NCBI GenBank assembly: GCA_016206175.1
Contig: JACQSB010000020.1
Span: 39,913-103,912, forward strand
DNA length: 64,000 nt
Origin: Candidatus Uhrbacteria bacterium
GTDB lineage: Bacteria > Patescibacteriota > Patescibacteriia > JACQRZ01
Reading direction: 5' to 3'
The notes beneath the pieces are model-generated. The model ran no database searches and was not told where the DNA came from. It worked only from the letters and a program-made list of their open reading frames with translations. This document shows positions 54,665 to 63,621 of this stretch, one piece after another (position 1 is the stretch's first letter; every line of letters begins with the position of its first letter). A program made the translations under genes and the position numbers.

Positions 54665-55504
54665 TTAGGAAGAACCCTTTTTGGGACGGCCGCGCTTCTT
54701 CGGCTGGCCTTCTTCACCTTCTTCGGTTGCTTCTGTCTCGCCTTCTGTTGCATCCACTAACGAAGCAAGCTCGTCACCGCTCACAAAAGCGTCTTCCTCT
54801 TCGGCTCCTTCGCCTTCCAATCCGCCCGCAAACAACCGATAGTGGTCAACTAAAATCTTACTTGCTTCTTTCACGGCGTCTTGGGCAGTGATACTTCCAT
54901 CGGTCTCAATCGTAAGAATCACTTTGTTGTAGTTCGTCATTTGCCCGACACGGACGTTCTCTATCTTGAAACCAACTGACAAAACAGGGGTGAATACCGC
55001 GTCGATCGCAATTGTCCCAAGTTCCATTTTTTCCTTTTCGCGCATTTCCGTTGGCAGATATCCCCGCCCTTTCCGAATAAAAAGCTCCATTTCAATCTGC
55101 GCGTTTTTGTTGGTCAATGTGCAAATATGCGCTTCCGGACTGGATACTTCTACATCACTCGTTCCTTCAATATCAGCACCCGTCACAGCCTTTTCCCCTT
55201 TTACATGAAGCGACAACCGCACTTCTTCGTCAGTATGTACCTTAAAACGCAGTTTTTTGATATTGAGAAGAATATCAACAACATCCTCTTTCACATAGGG
55301 GATGGTAGAAAATTCATGAAGCACTCCTTTGATCTTCACGGCAACAACAGCTCCCCCCGCAAGAGAAGAAAGCAACACGCGCCGCAGCGCTGTTCCCACT
55401 GTCAAGCCATAACCGGGATATAACGGCTCGATTGTCAGTATGGTCTCATTTGGTTTTGAACCGTCCTGATACTGTACCTTATTAGGGAGAGGAATGTATT
55501 CCAT
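54665..55504 (-). CDS. rpoA: DNA-directed RNA polymerase subunit alpha (N-terminal domain only, plus acidic tail and AT-hook)
   Basis: The alpha-NTD blocks (GYGLTVGTALRRVLLSS, EFSTIPYVKEDV) are present. No alpha-CTD helix-hairpin-helix is visible. The C-terminus is an E/G/A-rich tail ending in KKRGRPKKGSS. Confidence 0.9.
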   Translation of the reverse strand: MEYIPLPNKVQYQDGSKPNETILTIEPLYPGYGLTVGTALRRVLLSSLAGGAVVAVKIKGVLHEFSTIPYVKEDVVDILLNIKKLRFKVHTDEEVRLSLHVKGEKAVTGADIEGTSDVEVSSPEAHICTLTNKNAQIEMELFIRKGRGYLPTEMREKEKMELGTIAIDAVFTPVLSVGFKIENVRVGQMTNYNKVILTIETDGSITAQDAVKEASKILVDHYRLFAGGLEGEGAEEEDAFVSGDELASLVDATEGETEATEEGEEGQPKKRGRPKKGSS

Positions 55505-55552
55505 AGGATAGGGATTAGGGAATAGGGGCTAGAGGGGTTAGTGTAAAAACGG

Positions 55553-56188
55553 TTAGCGGGAATAAAACTCGACAATAATCTTCATGTCAAATGGTGCCGC
55601 AAGGTCATCTCCCTGCGGAAGGCCTACAACCTTCCCTTCAAACTGCGATTCACGGATGAGCCAGCTCGGCAGCTTTTCGGACTCTTTATCCTGCAGTTGT
55701 GGTAATTCCTGAAATCGCTTGCTTGTTTCTGCGCCTTTCTTAAGCGTGATCCGATCACCAACCTTTGCCTGATATGAGGGGATTGAAACTTTTCTCCCGT
55801 TCACCAGGATAAAACCGTGCCCGACAGTCTGGCGAGCTTCATCTCTCGAGCGAGCAAGACCAAGCCGGTAAACGGCATTATCAAGCCTCTGCTCCAACAT
55901 CTGCTGCATAAACAATCCCGTGTCTCCTTGTTTGCGTACCGCTTTAGTAAAATAATTGCTCATCTGCTTCTCTGAAATGCGATAGTGATGGTGGCATTTT
56001 TGTTTTTCTTTCAACTGTATGGCGTAGCTGGTAAGACGCGGCCGCGCTCGTTTTGCCCCCTGTACGCCGGGAGGATAATTGCGCTTTACGATTGCACATT
56101 TTGGCGTAAAGCACCGCTCGCCCTTCAAAAAGAGCTTAGTGCCCGCCCGCCTACACATCCTGCATTTTGCGTCCAATGTTCGTGCCAC
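55553..56188 (-). CDS. rpsD: 30S ribosomal protein S4 (GTG start, zinc-ribbon type)
   Basis: MARTLDAKCRMCRRAG...CFTPKC, plus the S4 RNA-binding domain (RLDNAVYRLGLARSR). Confidence 0.95.
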   Translation of the reverse strand: MARTLDAKCRMCRRAGTKLFLKGERCFTPKCAIVKRNYPPGVQGAKRARPRLTSYAIQLKEKQKCHHHYRISEKQMSNYFTKAVRKQGDTGLFMQQMLEQRLDNAVYRLGLARSRDEARQTVGHGFILVNGRKVSIPSYQAKVGDRITLKKGAETSKRFQELPQLQDKESEKLPSWLIRESQFEGKVVGLPQGDDLAAPFDMKIIVEFYSR

Positions 56189-56203
56189 AATAATAAAGAT
56201 TAT

Positions 56204-56617
56204 TTATACTCTCCGGACCTTTTTCGGTCGGCAGCCGTTATGCGGGATTGGAGTGACATCCTTGATGCTTGTCACCGTAAAGCCATGAGCATTGAGCGCT
56301 CGCACTGCTCCCTCTCGTCCGGAACCGATCCCTTTCACGAAAACAACGACTTCTGTCAGTCCATAGGGTTGCACTTTTTCCGCTGCATCTTTTACGATCA
56401 CCGATGCTGCATACGGCGTCGCCTTCTTCGGTCCCCGAAAACCGCACACTCCCGCAGAAGACCAAGCGAGCACATTCCCATTCGTATCCGTAAACGTCAC
56501 AACAGTGTTGTTGAAGGTAGCCTGAATATGGACACAACCGACAGGTACGTGCTTTGCTTGTTTCTTCCTCTTTCGGGCAGGAGATTTTTTTTCTTTTGTT
56601 TCTTGGGTAGTTGCCAT
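56204..56617 (-). CDS. rpsK: 30S ribosomal protein S11
   Basis: VHIQATFNNT, GFRGPKKATPYAA, and the PHNGCRPKKVRRV C-terminus. Confidence 0.95.
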   Translation of the reverse strand: MATTQETKEKKSPARKRKKQAKHVPVGCVHIQATFNNTVVTFTDTNGNVLAWSSAGVCGFRGPKKATPYAASVIVKDAAEKVQPYGLTEVVVFVKGIGSGREGAVRALNAHGFTVTSIKDVTPIPHNGCRPKKVRRV

Positions 56618-56623
56618 AGGATA

Positions 56624-57013
56624 TTATGTCTTTGTCAGCGCGCGTTTACCTGACATCATAGTCTTACGCACATTGCCGCGCACGGTGCGAGAATTCGTTT
56701 TAGTGCGCTGGCCTCGTGCCGGCAATCGGCGCGAATGCCGTGTGCCGCGGTACGTACCAAGCTCTTTGTAGTGCTTGATGTTTGCGTATATCTCACGCCG
56801 CAAATCACCCTCAACCTTAAACTGCTTTTCGATCGCTTCACGCAACTGATGAGCTTCTGCGTCTGTCAGATCAGCAGTTTTTTTGGCCGGATCAACACCG
56901 ATTTGAACAAGCACTTTGCGCGAGAGCGACAAACCAACGCCGTAAATCTTCGGCAAAGCGTACTCAATCCTTTTTTGTGGTGGGAGTGTGACTCCCGCTA
57001 TTCGAACGGCCAT
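56624..57013 (-). CDS. rpsM: 30S ribosomal protein S13
   Basis: MAVRIAGVTLP, YRGTRHSRRLPARGQRTKTNSR. Confidence 0.95.
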   Translation of the reverse strand: MAVRIAGVTLPPQKRIEYALPKIYGVGLSLSRKVLVQIGVDPAKKTADLTDAEAHQLREAIEKQFKVEGDLRREIYANIKHYKELGTYRGTRHSRRLPARGQRTKTNSRTVRGNVRKTMMSGKRALTKT

Positions 57014-57019
57014 GGAAAT

Positions 57020-57133
57020 TTAGCCTTGTCGCTGTTTATGCTTTGGGTTAGAACACAATACGACAACACGTTTTTTGCGCCGTACTGTCGTACATTTCAA
57101 ACAAATTTTTTTGACTGACGATTGCACTTTCAT
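57020..57133 (-). CDS. rpmJ: 50S ribosomal protein L36
   Basis: Absent from the ORF track because it is under 60 aa. Hand translation gives [37 protein letters not shown], the canonical L36 zinc-ribbon pattern, in the expected infA-rpmJ-rpsM position. Confidence 0.93.
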   Translation of the reverse strand: MKVQSSVKKICLKCTTVRRKKRVVVLCSNPKHKQRQG

Positions 57134-57183
57134 TGATACAAAATACAATTCACCTCACCACGCGGTGAATTCTTGGATGACGG

Positions 57184-57414
57184 TTAATAACGGAGTGTTA
57201 TCCTGCCTTTCGTAAGGTCGTAGGGAGTCATCTCCACCTTTACTCGATCGCCCGGCAAGATGCGAATCTTATACATCCTCATTTTGCCGGATAGATGTCC
57301 AAGAATCTCGTGTCCGTTGTCGAGCTGTATCCGAAACGTCGCTGACGGGAGAAGTTCGGTCACCTCTCCATCCGCTTCGATAAAATCCTTTTCGGATCCC
57401 GAATTTTGAGCCAT
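57184..57414 (-). CDS. infA: translation initiation factor IF-1
   Basis: A 76-aa S1-like OB fold ([31 protein letters not shown]). Confidence 0.95.
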   Translation of the reverse strand: MAQNSGSEKDFIEADGEVTELLPSATFRIQLDNGHEILGHLSGKMRMYKIRILPGDRVKVEMTPYDLTKGRITLRY

Positions 57415-57476
57415 AAAATGATGAAGACCTTCTCTATCGAGAAGGGATAGTGTCGCTCACTCGAAAACGTGAGGAT

Positions 57477-57505
57477 ACTATAGCAGAATTAAAAAAATAA
57501 TGCAA
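57477..57505 (-). promoter_or_regulatory. putative infA/ribosomal-block promoter
   Basis: On the minus strand: TTGCAT (57505-57500), a 17-nt spacer, then TATAGT (57482-57477). Confidence 0.45.
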
Positions 57506-57518
57506 GACCCCTGTATAG

Positions 57519-59273
57519 TCATTGGAGAAGGACCGCCCGAATACGCCTGGTGCCGGCCCCACATGACTCTTCTTTTACGATCTTTACCGGTCCAATTTCG
57601 CCTGTATGCGCCACATGCGGACCGCCGCAAAACTCCTTGGAAAACGCAGAATCAAGGGATTCGCCCACATAGTATACCTTTACTCGATCGGGGTATTTTT
57701 CTTTGAAGAAATACAGCGCGCCGGTCCTCTGCGCTTCTTCTACAGGAAGTTCCAAAAAAGAAACGGGCAAATCCTTGCGAACAACGTCATTGATGATATC
57801 TTCAACAGCTTTGATTTCGTCCGGCATCATTTTCCGATGAAATGTAAAGTCAAAACGTGTGCGCTCGGCGGTGATGTCAGAACCTGCTTGCGCGACCTCC
57901 GTGCCAAGGACAGATCGTAACGCTTGCTGAAGAATATGGGTCGTTGTATGGAGGCGCGTGACGACGGCAAGCTCGGCGGCGTCTTTTGCCTTCAATTCGC
58001 CAGTATCAAGGAGTAGGCCGTGCCCCCCGAATTTCTTTTCAGCTCCGGCGCGTGATACTTCCTGATGGTGCGCAAACTCTTTTTCAAAGCCAACTCGAGT
58101 AAGCGACTGTGCGCGCTCGCCACCAATCTCTTTGGTGATTTCATATGGCAGGCCATAACTTTCGTACAGACGAAACGCGGCTTTCTCATTAATAGTAGGA
58201 AGTTTTTGCAACTCTTTTAATCCCAGTGTTAACGTCTTCAAAAACTTTGCCTTTTCTTTATCCCACTCCAGCAGAATCGTATCAAGATGCAGTTCCGGAT
58301 ATGCTTCACGGTACTTGCCGACAATGAGAGGAGCAATCGAGTGAAACAAATTCATTGCCTCTCCTGCCCGATGTTCAAACACAATAAGCCGCCGAAGAAT
58401 CTTGCGGAGAATATATCCTCGGTCTTTGTTGGAAGGACGCACGCCGTCTGATATCAAGAAACACGCGCCGCGCGCATGATCAGCAATAATCCGATGTTCG
58501 CGTTCACCGAGAGTAGAGGGAAACTGGTCAAAAAGATCATTAAATAAATCCGTATCGAAAATCGTCGGGACACCTTGTGCAATCATTGCGAGGCGTTCAA
58601 GCCCCATACCGGTGTCTACACCCGGGGTAGAAAGCCGTTCCAATTTTTTTTCTGATCCGCTAAGCAATTCCTCGCGTGATCCGGGATAAAAAAATTCATT
58701 GAATACGATATTCCACACTTCGATATACTGCCCCTTGGCATTTCTGCAGTATATTTCTGTTGTGGGTCCGCATGGACCAGAGCTTCCGGTAGGTCCCCAG
58801 AACACATCATCAATCCCCTCTTCCCGCACATCAGAAACCCCCAGCGAATTCCAGATAGATCGGGATTCCTCGTCTTTTTGCACGCCGTGCGAGCCTCCGA
58901 AGATCGTCACATACGAGATAGGAAGATTCATAACCGATGTAATAAACCCATGGGCATACTGAATCGCCTCTTTTTTGAAATAACCGCCAAAAGAAAAATT
59001 GCCAAGCATCTCAAAAAACGTGAGGTGAGACTCGTCGCCAACTTCATCAATATCAGACGTGCGGAAACTCTTCTGTACAGATGCGGTGTTTAAGGAACCG
59101 AAATCTTTATGGGCATCAGCTTCACTGGTATAGTACTTCTTAAATTGCTGCATACCGGCTGTCGTTAACAGCACGGATGGATCATCCGGAATCAGCGACG
59201 ATGAGCGTACTACCGCATGTCCACGTGATGCGAAAAACTCGAGAAATTGTTTGCGGATATCTCCTGAATGCAT
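57519..59273 (-). CDS. alaS: alanine--tRNA ligase (short, 584 aa; no C-Ala domain)
   Basis: Class II catalytic core (FFASRGH, SLIPDDPSVLLTTAGM) and editing-site motifs HTTTHIL and CGGPH. Start moved to ATG 59273. Confidence 0.9.
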   Translation of the reverse strand: MHSGDIRKQFLEFFASRGHAVVRSSSLIPDDPSVLLTTAGMQQFKKYYTSEADAHKDFGSLNTASVQKSFRTSDIDEVGDESHLTFFEMLGNFSFGGYFKKEAIQYAHGFITSVMNLPISYVTIFGGSHGVQKDEESRSIWNSLGVSDVREEGIDDVFWGPTGSSGPCGPTTEIYCRNAKGQYIEVWNIVFNEFFYPGSREELLSGSEKKLERLSTPGVDTGMGLERLAMIAQGVPTIFDTDLFNDLFDQFPSTLGEREHRIIADHARGACFLISDGVRPSNKDRGYILRKILRRLIVFEHRAGEAMNLFHSIAPLIVGKYREAYPELHLDTILLEWDKEKAKFLKTLTLGLKELQKLPTINEKAAFRLYESYGLPYEITKEIGGERAQSLTRVGFEKEFAHHQEVSRAGAEKKFGGHGLLLDTGELKAKDAAELAVVTRLHTTTHILQQALRSVLGTEVAQAGSDITAERTRFDFTFHRKMMPDEIKAVEDIINDVVRKDLPVSFLELPVEEAQRTGALYFFKEKYPDRVKVYYVGESLDSAFSKEFCGGPHVAHTGEIGPVKIVKEESCGAGTRRIRAVLLQ

Positions 59274-59283
59274 AAAGATATTT

Positions 59284-61965
59284 TTATAATGTTTCCGGCT
59301 TCTGAACAGAGCGCACCTGGTCCGGATGCAAACGAAATCCGGTATCGACATCAATGCGCAAAACACTGTCAATCCTGCGCGCAGAAGACACATCAAATCC
59401 GGCTGCCGCAAGAATATTGGTCGCGTAATAGAGGGTACGGCCATCTGGCGTATAATGTCCAGACCCGTTATTCACCTCAATCACTCGCCATGAACCGGGC
59501 GAAACTTTTTCAAATACAACTTCACCCGCACCGTATACATTGCGGCCACCTGCAAGGTCCGAGTGATTAACTGACACGATATCAGTGCCTCCTTTTGCGA
59601 TGTTAAAAAGCATTGTTCCATCCTTCATCACGGCATACGTCAATACTACCTGATTAACGTATTCATGTCGAACGACGCGCACGGCGAAAACATTCCATTC
59701 ATCCATGCCAAAGGACTCACGATAGAGGACTTCGAGATTTCCCCATTCTTTCTCCGTGCGCAACTCAAAAGCTCGCTGAAACTGACTCACGATGTCGTCA
59801 CGCGAAAGTGACTTGGAAGCTCTCTGAAGTATCGAGAGAAATTCGTTGCTGTATTTGGCGTATTTCGCGGGTACGTTTCCCGCCTTAATACCCTTCAAAA
59901 TTTCGTCTTTGTCCTTATTCAGGGACCGGATTCGTTCCTGGAGGACAGTGATAGAATCTTTTCGCTTCTCATATCGATCGAAAAGAGCGCGCAAGGTACG
60001 GCGCCGTGTTTCCTGTTCACCGGTCAGCGATAGCATGCTTTCAAGTTTCTGGGATTCTTGCAGTAATCCTTCAAGGTGCTTTTCAGCGCGTTTGACAGAC
60101 TGCACCACTGCCTCACGATAGATTTTTTCCACTTTCGCTGCAGGAAGGTTATATTCCGTTCGCTCTTGCTTTGATTTGGGAAGTGCAGGATCAACAACTG
60201 TCATAGATTGGCGCGCTTTATCGAAGGACGGATTCGAAAAAAACCGAGAAACGCCTTCTGTGCTCTCGTACTGCTCGCGAGGATCCGGATACGCACCTTC
60301 AAACTCCTTGGTTTTTTTCTTTTTTGAAATAAACGGCAGCAATGTGTCGGTAATGATGTAATGCACGGAAAGCGGAAATCCTTCTCGCGGCAAGTCAGGA
60401 TCATACCCAAGCACAAGCCGCGCGTCGTGCATACGATCTTCGGATTCTTGGGGCTCCGCGCCATATTCATGCGCGCGGATATCCATAATCCTGGCGATCA
60501 CTGCCTGTATCGCCGCATCCCAGGTTTGCTGGTTCGTCTCATGATATATCTTTTTACCGCGCGGCATACCCAATACCGCTTCCCGCACAACGGGATCAAG
60601 CTGTTCCGGGGTACCATGAGTGCGTATGACTTCGTCAAGTAATGTGGCTTCTTGTTCTTCTAATTCTGACGTAATGGCTCGCTCTTTTATAAAATATAAA
60701 CTTTCCCAAAAAGACTGTTCATAATTTTGGTATTCAGGGACGGACATGGTGGCAGAGAGCTCTCCACCCCTCTCCACTCCTGCTAAAAGCGAATAAAAAT
60801 GCGACTTATCTTTCGTGGATAAAAAGGATCGTATCATGCGAATTGCCTGCATGTCTTGCGCATGGCTGCTGTAGAGTGAAGGAGACGGATAACGGATAGC
60901 GGCATGAAGGCGCCGAGGAAGCTTTAAGGGAAAATGATACGTGCCGCCGGATGGAAGAGAAAAGACGTATACGACTTCCACATCCGGAGCGGGACCGAGA
61001 TCTCCCGCTTTTTCTCCAGTGATCCATTTCAAAAAATCCAAATCAACACGGCCCGCAACTTCGACCACCGCGCCAGCAAGCATGCTGCGATTAATCGCGT
61101 TTTGATATTGCAGGATCATATTGCGCTCATCAATGGATGCGCCATACGGTTGCGCCATTGCGTAATGAGCTTCAAACGCAAGCGGAAGATAGACTTGTCC
61201 TTCCGCAGGGCGTGGCGCTCCGGCAAGCTGAGGAAACTCATCAGAGCGCTCAATATGAAGCCGTCTGCCAATTTGCCGAGTGAATGGTACCGAGCGCATT
61301 GCGCGAAGAGAATTTGGCGGCAATGCAAGCAGCAGCTCGCGAGATGGACGCTGCTGCGAAAGCGCGACATCGGCAGCCATGTCATCGGGGTGATATCCCG
61401 GATATGTGATCAACGGTCCCACGGGGATCTGCCAGGTACCAGGAGCAATCAAGCGTTCCTGGCCGAAATGCGCAAGATCAGTAAGCCTGCTGACCATAAA
61501 AACAAAGTCGCTTGCGGCCCGATATCGGTCAAGCGGATTTTTCGACTTAAGGCCATCGAACAGCACAGCGAGAAGATCGTAATCACCCGATACATTGAGT
61601 GCGCACTGATCAGTGAGAGACGCTAATTTCTCATCGGGGATGAGTTCTCGAAATGTCATACCATACGCCTGGTTCTCTATCGATCTGATTCGTTCTAAGA
61701 TTTCTTTCATCTTTGCGACGGTCTCGTCCAGAGCATTGATTTGATCGGGTGATAGACCGGGAAATCCTTCGGCTCGGAGCGCTTCATAGTATGCTTCATA
61801 GTATTGAAGCGGCATACTCCTCAAACGATTCAACGACATCTTTTCAAATTGGAGAAGCATCCCTTGAAATATCTCGACGAGATCAAATTCAGCGCCATGG
61901 CGCAAAATGCCAATCGCTTCGCCAATCTCCCCACTGGAAAGAAAACGAAGATTCGGATCAGGCAT
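59284..61965 (-). CDS. large uncharacterised cytoplasmic protein (893 aa)
   Basis: No signal peptide or TM is visible. It has a long N-terminal region, a K/E/R-rich coiled-coil segment, and a C-terminal beta-rich domain with GAGEVVFEK...NNGSGHYTPDG. Its stop is 10 nt before the alaS ATG. Confidence 0.7.
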   Translation of the reverse strand: MPDPNLRFLSSGEIGEAIGILRHGAEFDLVEIFQGMLLQFEKMSLNRLRSMPLQYYEAYYEALRAEGFPGLSPDQINALDETVAKMKEILERIRSIENQAYGMTFRELIPDEKLASLTDQCALNVSGDYDLLAVLFDGLKSKNPLDRYRAASDFVFMVSRLTDLAHFGQERLIAPGTWQIPVGPLITYPGYHPDDMAADVALSQQRPSRELLLALPPNSLRAMRSVPFTRQIGRRLHIERSDEFPQLAGAPRPAEGQVYLPLAFEAHYAMAQPYGASIDERNMILQYQNAINRSMLAGAVVEVAGRVDLDFLKWITGEKAGDLGPAPDVEVVYVFSLPSGGTYHFPLKLPRRLHAAIRYPSPSLYSSHAQDMQAIRMIRSFLSTKDKSHFYSLLAGVERGGELSATMSVPEYQNYEQSFWESLYFIKERAITSELEEQEATLLDEVIRTHGTPEQLDPVVREAVLGMPRGKKIYHETNQQTWDAAIQAVIARIMDIRAHEYGAEPQESEDRMHDARLVLGYDPDLPREGFPLSVHYIITDTLLPFISKKKKTKEFEGAYPDPREQYESTEGVSRFFSNPSFDKARQSMTVVDPALPKSKQERTEYNLPAAKVEKIYREAVVQSVKRAEKHLEGLLQESQKLESMLSLTGEQETRRRTLRALFDRYEKRKDSITVLQERIRSLNKDKDEILKGIKAGNVPAKYAKYSNEFLSILQRASKSLSRDDIVSQFQRAFELRTEKEWGNLEVLYRESFGMDEWNVFAVRVVRHEYVNQVVLTYAVMKDGTMLFNIAKGGTDIVSVNHSDLAGGRNVYGAGEVVFEKVSPGSWRVIEVNNGSGHYTPDGRTLYYATNILAAAGFDVSSARRIDSVLRIDVDTGFRLHPDQVRSVQKPETL

Positions 61966-62158
61966 ACGGATCGATCGTAATGCGTTCTCGGACTTTCTGT
62001 TGAAGTCGCGCTTTTTTTGCTATGGTAAGAAACGATGTTTGAAGTTTTTTCAAATCACGCGCAGCACCAGAAATCTCGCGATATACTGCTTCTGTCTCGC
62101 GGATACTTTTTTTATTTCTTTGTTGCTTTTGATGTGCATCGAGCGTTGCTTTTTTCAT
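61958..62158 (-). CDS. small basic coiled-coil protein (66 aa)
   Basis: ATG at 62158. Its stop overlaps the 893-aa start by 8 nt (ATGCCTGA). No family recognised. Confidence 0.5.
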   Translation of the reverse strand: MKKATLDAHQKQQRNKKSIRETEAVYREISGAARDLKKLQTSFLTIAKKARLQQKVRERITIDPYA

Positions 62159-62163
62159 ATATT

Positions 62164-62427
62164 TCAGCGATTACGGACGCCACTCCTTCCGCTGCGTGAA
62201 TCGCCAGAAGGTTGCGATGAAAGATGTCGGTCCGCATCTTCAAGCATGCGGGTCACGGCTTGCAGCTTTGCTTCATGCTGGGTTGCAAGATCGACGGTTT
62301 TATCTGACAAGTCGATACCGGTGCGTTCACGCGCCCTCGGAGGGCGTTTTTCTGCACGCGGTATCTCTGGCACGTGTTCGAATCGCCGATAGCCTCGTTC
62401 AACTTGGGGTCGTACATTTGATTGCAT
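62164..62427 (-). CDS. small R/E-rich protein (87 aa from first ATG)
   Basis: The first ATG, 62427, lies 4 nt after the mnmA stop. The track ORF opens at TTG 62439. No family recognised. Confidence 0.5.
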   Translation of the reverse strand: MQSNVRPQVERGYRRFEHVPEIPRAEKRPPRARERTGIDLSDKTVDLATQHEAKLQAVTRMLEDADRHLSSQPSGDSRSGRSGVRNR

Positions 62428-62431
62428 AGGA

Positions 62432-63523
62432 TTATACAATTATTCCCCCGCCGAGACAGGCATCGTCATGGTAGAATACACACGCTTGGCCGGGACTCAC
62501 GGCCCACTGGGGTTTGGATAATACAACATGATACCTACTGCCCTTGCCTTTTATGCGAGATACTCTGCACCTTTGCAAGGGCTGGCGGTAACGCGTCCGC
62601 ACTGTACAGTGTAAAGGAAATTTCGGATCTTTACCAGCGATCCAACTGACATCAGAGCAGATAAATTTTTTACTATAAAGCAATGGATTTTTTGCTCCTT
62701 GCGCGACGTAGACGATATTTTTTTTCACGTCCTTGCCAACAACATAGTACGGTTCAGCCCCTCCGGCAAATCCGATGCCGTGGCGTTGCCCGATCGTAAA
62801 ATACCATGCGCCGTCGTGTGCGCCCACTTCCTTTCCATTTTCATCAATGAGCAGCCCGCGTTTTGGCGGCACTATCGTCTGGAGAAAATCTTTCATCGGA
62901 AGTTTGCCGATAAAACAAATTCCTTGGCTGTCTTTGCGATCCCAATTCGGTAGGCCGAATTTTTTTGCCAGCTTTCTCACTTCCGGCTTTGTCAAATCAC
63001 CCAACGGAAATAACGTGGAGCGGAGTTGTTCTTGCATAAGGGTGTAGAGAAAGTATGTCTGATCTTTATTCGCGTCTGTGGCTTTCTTCAAAGCAAACCT
63101 TGGTTCCTGGTTCTTGGTTCTTGGTTCTTGTATTTTTGCATAATGGCCGGTAGCGATATAATCAGCTCCTTGTGTGCGAGCTTTCGAAAGGAATTCTCCA
63201 AACTTGATTTGCTTATTGCACATGATATCTGGATTTGGCGTTCTTCCTGACTTGTACTCACGTATCATATAATCAACTACCTCTTTTTGGTAATCGCGAC
63301 GGAAATCCCATTCCAGAAATGGAATGCCGAGATGCGCGGCAACAGCAAGCGCGCTCTGGCGATCTCCAGCCTGGGTGCATTCAACATGCGCGGCAAGAGG
63401 ATCTGCCAAGTCGAGATCATATTCACGCATGAACACGCCGAAGACTCTATACCCTTTTCGCTTGAGGAGAGCCGCAGCTACGGCAGAATCCACGCCTCCG
63501 GAAAGTGCAACAAAAACAGTCAT
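62432..63523 (-). CDS. mnmA: tRNA 2-thiouridine(34) synthase MnmA
   Basis: PP-loop VALSGGVDSAVAA, NPDIMCN, KDQTYFLY and DSQGICFIG blocks. Start moved to ATG 63523. Confidence 0.93.
   Translation of the reverse strand: MTVFVALSGGVDSAVAAALLKRKGYRVFGVFMREYDLDLADPLAAHVECTQAGDRQSALAVAAHLGIPFLEWDFRRDYQKEVVDYMIREYKSGRTPNPDIMCNKQIKFGEFLSKARTQGADYIATGHYAKIQEPRTKNQEPRFALKKATDANKDQTYFLYTLMQEQLRSTLFPLGDLTKPEVRKLAKKFGLPNWDRKDSQGICFIGKLPMKDFLQTIVPPKRGLLIDENGKEVGAHDGAWYFTIGQRHGIGFAGGAEPYYVVGKDVKKNIVYVAQGAKNPLLYSKKFICSDVSWIAGKDPKFPLHCTVRTRYRQPLQRCRVSRIKGKGSRYHVVLSKPQWAVSPGQACVFYHDDACLGGGIIV
63101..63128. repeat. heptanucleotide tandem repeat (TGGTTCY x4) inside mnmA
   Basis: TGGTTCC TGGTTCT TGGTTCT TGGTTCT. 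On the coding strand this encodes QEPRTKNQEPR. Confidence 0.85.
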
Positions 63524-63621
63524 ATGCGCAAATATATCAATCGCAGCAAAAAAAGTCGATGAGGCATTGACAAATGCATAAAAATAATGCATTCTGACGC
63601 GCAAACAGGAGGATTTGTTCC

